Positions 60,401 through 64,000 of a DNA stretch of 64,000 nucleotides are shown here, in pieces; positions within the stretch are counted from its first letter, which is position 1; every line of letters starts with the position of its first letter. The notes beneath the pieces are model-generated. The model did not search any database, was not told the DNA's origin, and saw only the letters and a program-made list of their open reading frames with translations. The stretch lies in contig OZ024754.1 in assembly GCA_964016885.1 (NCBI GenBank), positions 19,468,001 through 19,532,000 of the forward strand, given 5' to 3'. This stretch comes from Eledone cirrhosa. Taxonomy: Eukaryota. The translations under genes and the position numbers were made by a program.

Positions 60401-63337
60401 ATCTCAGATCAAGTCACTTGCTAGACATGTGCAACTGTGGCTAAAATGACTCTTCCATGATATAGTTACTTTAGTTTCAACACAGTCTCAGATCAAGTCA
60501 CTTACGAGACATGTACAACTGTGGCTAAAATGACTTTTCCAAGATATAGTTACTTTAGTTTCAACACAGACTCAGATCAAGTCACTTGCCAGGCTTGTAC
60601 AACTCTGGCTAAAATGACTCTTCCATGATATAGTTACTTTAGTTTCAACACAGTCTCAGATAAAATCACTTGCCAGACATGTACAACTGTGGCTAAAATG
60701 ACTGTTCCATGATATAGTTACTTTAGTTTCAACACAATCTCAGATCAAGTCACTTACCATACATGTACAACTGTGGTTAGAATGACTCTTCCATGATATA
60801 GTTACTTTAGTTTCAACACAGTCTCAGATCAAGTCACTTGCCAGACATGTACAACAGTAGCTAAAATGACTCTTCCATGATATAGTTACTTTAGTTTCAA
60901 CACAGTCTCATATCAAGTCACTTGCCAGACATGTGCAACTGTGGCTAAAATGTCTCTGCCATGATATAATTACTTTAGTTTCAACACAGTCTCAGATCAA
61001 GTCACTTGCTAGACATGTACAACTGTGGCTAAAATGACTCTTCCATGATATAGTTACTTTAGTTTCGACACAGTCTCAGATCAAGTCACTTGCTAGACAT
61101 GTACAACTGTGGCTAAAATGACTCGTCCATGATATAGTTACTTTACTTTCAACACAGTCTCAGATCAAGTCACTTGCCAGACATGTGCAACTGTGGCTAA
61201 AATGACTCTTCCATGATATAGTTACTTTAGTTTCAACACAGTCACAGATCAAGTCACTTACCAGGGATGTACAACTGTAGCTAAAATGACTCTTCCATGA
61301 TATAGTTACTTTAGTTTCAACACAGTCACAGATCAAGTCACTTACCAGGGATGTACAACTGTAGCTAAAATGACTCTTCCATGATATAGTTACTTTAGTT
61401 TCAACACAGTCACAGATCAAGTCACTTACCAGGGATGTACAACTGTGGCTAAAATGACTCTTCCATGATATAGTTACTTTAGTTTGAACACAGTCTCAGA
61501 TCAAGTCACTTGCTAGACATGTGCAACTGTGGCTAAAATGAATCTTCCATGATATAGTTACTTTAGTTTCAACACAGTCACAGATCAAGTCACTTACCAG
61601 ACATGTACAACTGTGGCTAAAATGACTCTTCCATGATATAGTTACTTTAGTTTCAACACAGTCACAGATCATGTCACTTGCCAGACATGTACAACTGTAG
61701 CTAAAATGACTCTTCCATGATATAGTTACTTTAGTTTCAACACAGTCTCAGATCAAGTAACTTGCCTGACATGTACAACTGTGGCTAAAATGACTCTTCC
61801 ATGATATAGTTACTTTAGTTTCAACACAGTCTCAGATCAAGTCACTTGCCAGACATGTACAACTGTGACTAAAATGATTCTTCCATGATATAGTTACTTT
61901 AGTTTCAACGCAGTCACAGATCAAGTGTCTTGCCGGACATGTACAACAGTAGCTAAAATGACTCTTCCATGATATAGTTACTTTAGTTTCAACACAACCT
62001 CAGATCAAGTCACTTGCCAGACATCTACAACTCTGGCTAGAATGACTCTTCAATGATATAGTTACTTTAGTTTAAACACAATCTCAGATCAAGTCACTTG
62101 CCAGACATCTTTAACTGGGGCTAAAATGACTCTTCCATGATATAGTTACTTTAGTTTCAACACAATCTAAGATCAAGTCAGTTACCAGACATGTACAACT
62201 GTGGTTAGCATGACTCTTCAATGATATAGTTACTTTAGTTTCAACACAATCTCAGATCAAGTCACTTGCTAGACATGTGCAACTGTGGCTAAAATGACTC
62301 TTCCATGATACAGTTACTTTAGTTTGAACACAGTGTTAGATCAAGTCACTTGCTAGACATGTACAACTGTGGCTAAAATGATTCTTCCATGATATAGTTA
62401 CTTTAGTTTCAACACAGTCTCAGATCAAGTCACTTGCTAGACATGTACAACTGTGGCTAAAATGACTCGTCCATGATATAGTTACTTTAGTTTCAACACA
62501 GTCTCAGATCAAGTCACTTGCCAGACATGTGCAACTGTGGCTAAAATGACTCTTCCATGATATAGTTACTTTAGTTTCAACACAGTCACAGATCAAGTCA
62601 CTTACCAGGGATGTACAACTGTAGCTAAAATGACTCTTCCATGATATAGTTACTTTAGTTTCAACACAGTCACAGATCAAGTCACTTACCAGGGATGTAC
62701 AACTGTAGCTAAAATGACTCTTCCATGATATAGTTACTTTAGTTTCAACACAGTCTCAGATCAAGTCACTTGCCAGACATGTACAACTGTGGCTAAAATG
62801 ACTCTTCCATGATATAGTTACTTTAGTTTCAGCACAGTCTCAGATCAAGTCACTTACCAGACATGTACAACTGTGGCTAAAATGAATCTTCCATGATATA
62901 GTTACTTTTGTTTCAACACAGTCTCAGATCAAGTCACTTGCTAGACATGTGCAACTGTGGCTAAAATGACTCTTCCATGATACAGTTACTTTAGATTGAA
63001 CACAGTCTTAGATCAAGTCACTGACCAGACATGTACAACTGTGGCTAAAATGACTCTTCCATGATATAGTTACTTTAGATTCAGCACAGTCTCAGATCAA
63101 GTCACTTACCAGACATGTACAACTGTGGCTAAAATGAATCTTCCATGATATAGTTACTTTTGTTTCAACACAGTCTCAGATCAAGTCACTTGCCAGACAT
63201 GTGCAACTGTGGCTAAAATGACTCTTCCATGATATAGTTACTTTAGTTTCAACACAGTCACAGATCAAGTCACTTACCAGGGATGTACAACTGTAGCTAA
63301 AATGACTCTTCCATGATATAGTTACTTTAGTTTCAAC
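54430..63337. repeat. Very recent exact-tandem 53-mer (4452 bp) duplication
   Basis: Private variants are shared at offset 4452: CTAAGATG 54981/59433, TACGAGAC 56051/60503, GCTTGTAC 56141/60593, and ORFs 56708/61160. The match ends at 63338. Confidence 0.9.
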
Positions 63338-64000
63338 GCAGTCACAGATCAAGTGTCTTGCCGGACTTGTACAACAGTAGCAAAAATGACTCTTCCATGA
63401 TATAGTTACTTTAGTTTCAACACAACCTCAGATCAAGTCACTGTCCAGACATCAACAACTCTGGCTAGAATGACTCTTCCATGATATAGTTACTTTAGTT
63501 TCAACACAATCTCAGATCAAGTCACTTACCAGACATGTACAACTGTGGTTAGCATGACTCTTCAATGATATAGTTACTTTAGTTTCAACACAATCTCAGA
63601 TCAAGTCACTTGCTAGACATGTGCAACTGTGGCTAAAATGACTCTTCCATGATACAGTTACTTTAGATTGAACACAGTCTTAGATCAAGTCACTGACCAG
63701 ACATGTACAACTGTGGCTAAAATGACTCTTCCATGATATAGTTACTTTAGTTTCAACACAGTCTCAGATAAAGTCACTTGCCAGACATGTACAACTGTGG
63801 CTAAAATGACTGTTCCATGATATAGTTTCTTTAGTTTCAACACAGTCTCAGATCAAGTCACTTGCCAGACATGTACAACTCTGGCTAAAATGACTCTTCC
63901 ATGATATAGTTACTTTAGTTTCAACACAGTCTCAAATAAAGTCACTTGCCAGACATGTAAAACTGTGGCTAAAATGACTGTTCCATGATATAGTTACTTT

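Larger units (their letters stand above)
43200..63340. repeat. Irregular higher-order repeat domain with a canonical ~20-mer (1680 bp)
   Basis: The GGGG of marker TCTTTAACTGGGGCT starts at 44606, 45698, 46370, 47798, 49227, 50907, 51976, 54137, 55817, 57665, 60269 and 62117. Spacings are 13, 8, 17, 17, 20, 13, 26, 20, 22, 31 and 22 monomers, with a conserved local monomer order. Confidence 0.8.
1..64000. repeat. 84-bp tandem satellite array, head-to-tail, 762 full monomers plus a partial one; extends beyond both window edges
   Basis: The monomer CTTGCCAGACATGTACAACTGTGGCTAAAATGACTCTTCCATGATATAGTTACTTTAGTTTCAACACAGTCTCAGATCAAGTCA recurs throughout with a few substitutions per copy. CTTGCC starts at 1 and at 63945. 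The distance 63944 plus 64 bp net deletion (17x1 + 2 + 2x23 - 1) equals 762x84 exactly. Confidence 0.99.

Noticed and set aside
1832-61420. Minus-strand Cys/His-rich ORFs (MICDCVETKVTISWKSHFSHSCTCLASD...)
   Set aside because: They appear wherever consecutive monomers carry GTCACA/GTCCCA/GTCTAA instead of GTCTCA, which removes the TGA. Their spacing simply tracks block duplications, and the Cys/His spacing does not fit a known finger.
1-64000. Giant repeat protein under an alternative code (three consensus frames have only one TGA per monomer)
   Set aside because: Common variants introduce TAG/TAA in each of those frames (TGCTAG, AAATAA, TCTTAG/TAA on minus), and the 83-, 85- and 61-bp monomers shift frame repeatedly.
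1-64000. CRISPR array (GTTTCAAC / GTTGAAAC resembles CRISPR repeat termini)
   Set aside because: The sequence between the conserved motifs is the same in every unit apart from SNVs. There are no unique spacers, leader or cas genes.

Overview
The whole 64 kb window is one uninterrupted, single-orientation tandem array of an 84-bp monomer: 762 complete units plus a partial one, about 38% GC, with no CpG in the consensus. The consensus is CTTGCCAGACATGTACAACTGTGGCTAAAATGACTCTTCCATGATATAGTTACTTTAGTTTCAACACAGTCTCAGATCAAGTCA. It looks like eukaryotic satellite DNA, but I cannot assign it to a named family or organism. There are no supportable genes, RNA genes, mobile elements or CRISPR spacers. All listed ORFs are short runs of 3-4 monomers in which a consensus TGA is mutated. 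The informative structure is in the monomer variants. Two interleaved variant cassettes occur: A dominates the left and is last seen at about 42.2 kb, while B first appears at about 12.2 kb and occupies everything after about 43 kb. Nested tandem duplications of 28, 43/41, 115/113, 62/59 and 53 monomers are present, and the right third is an irregular ~20-mer higher-order repeat with a 10-mer half-period. Indels are rare and stereotyped. The most speculative lead is that the 84-bp (28-codon) unit may be a decayed C2H2 zinc-finger repeat.
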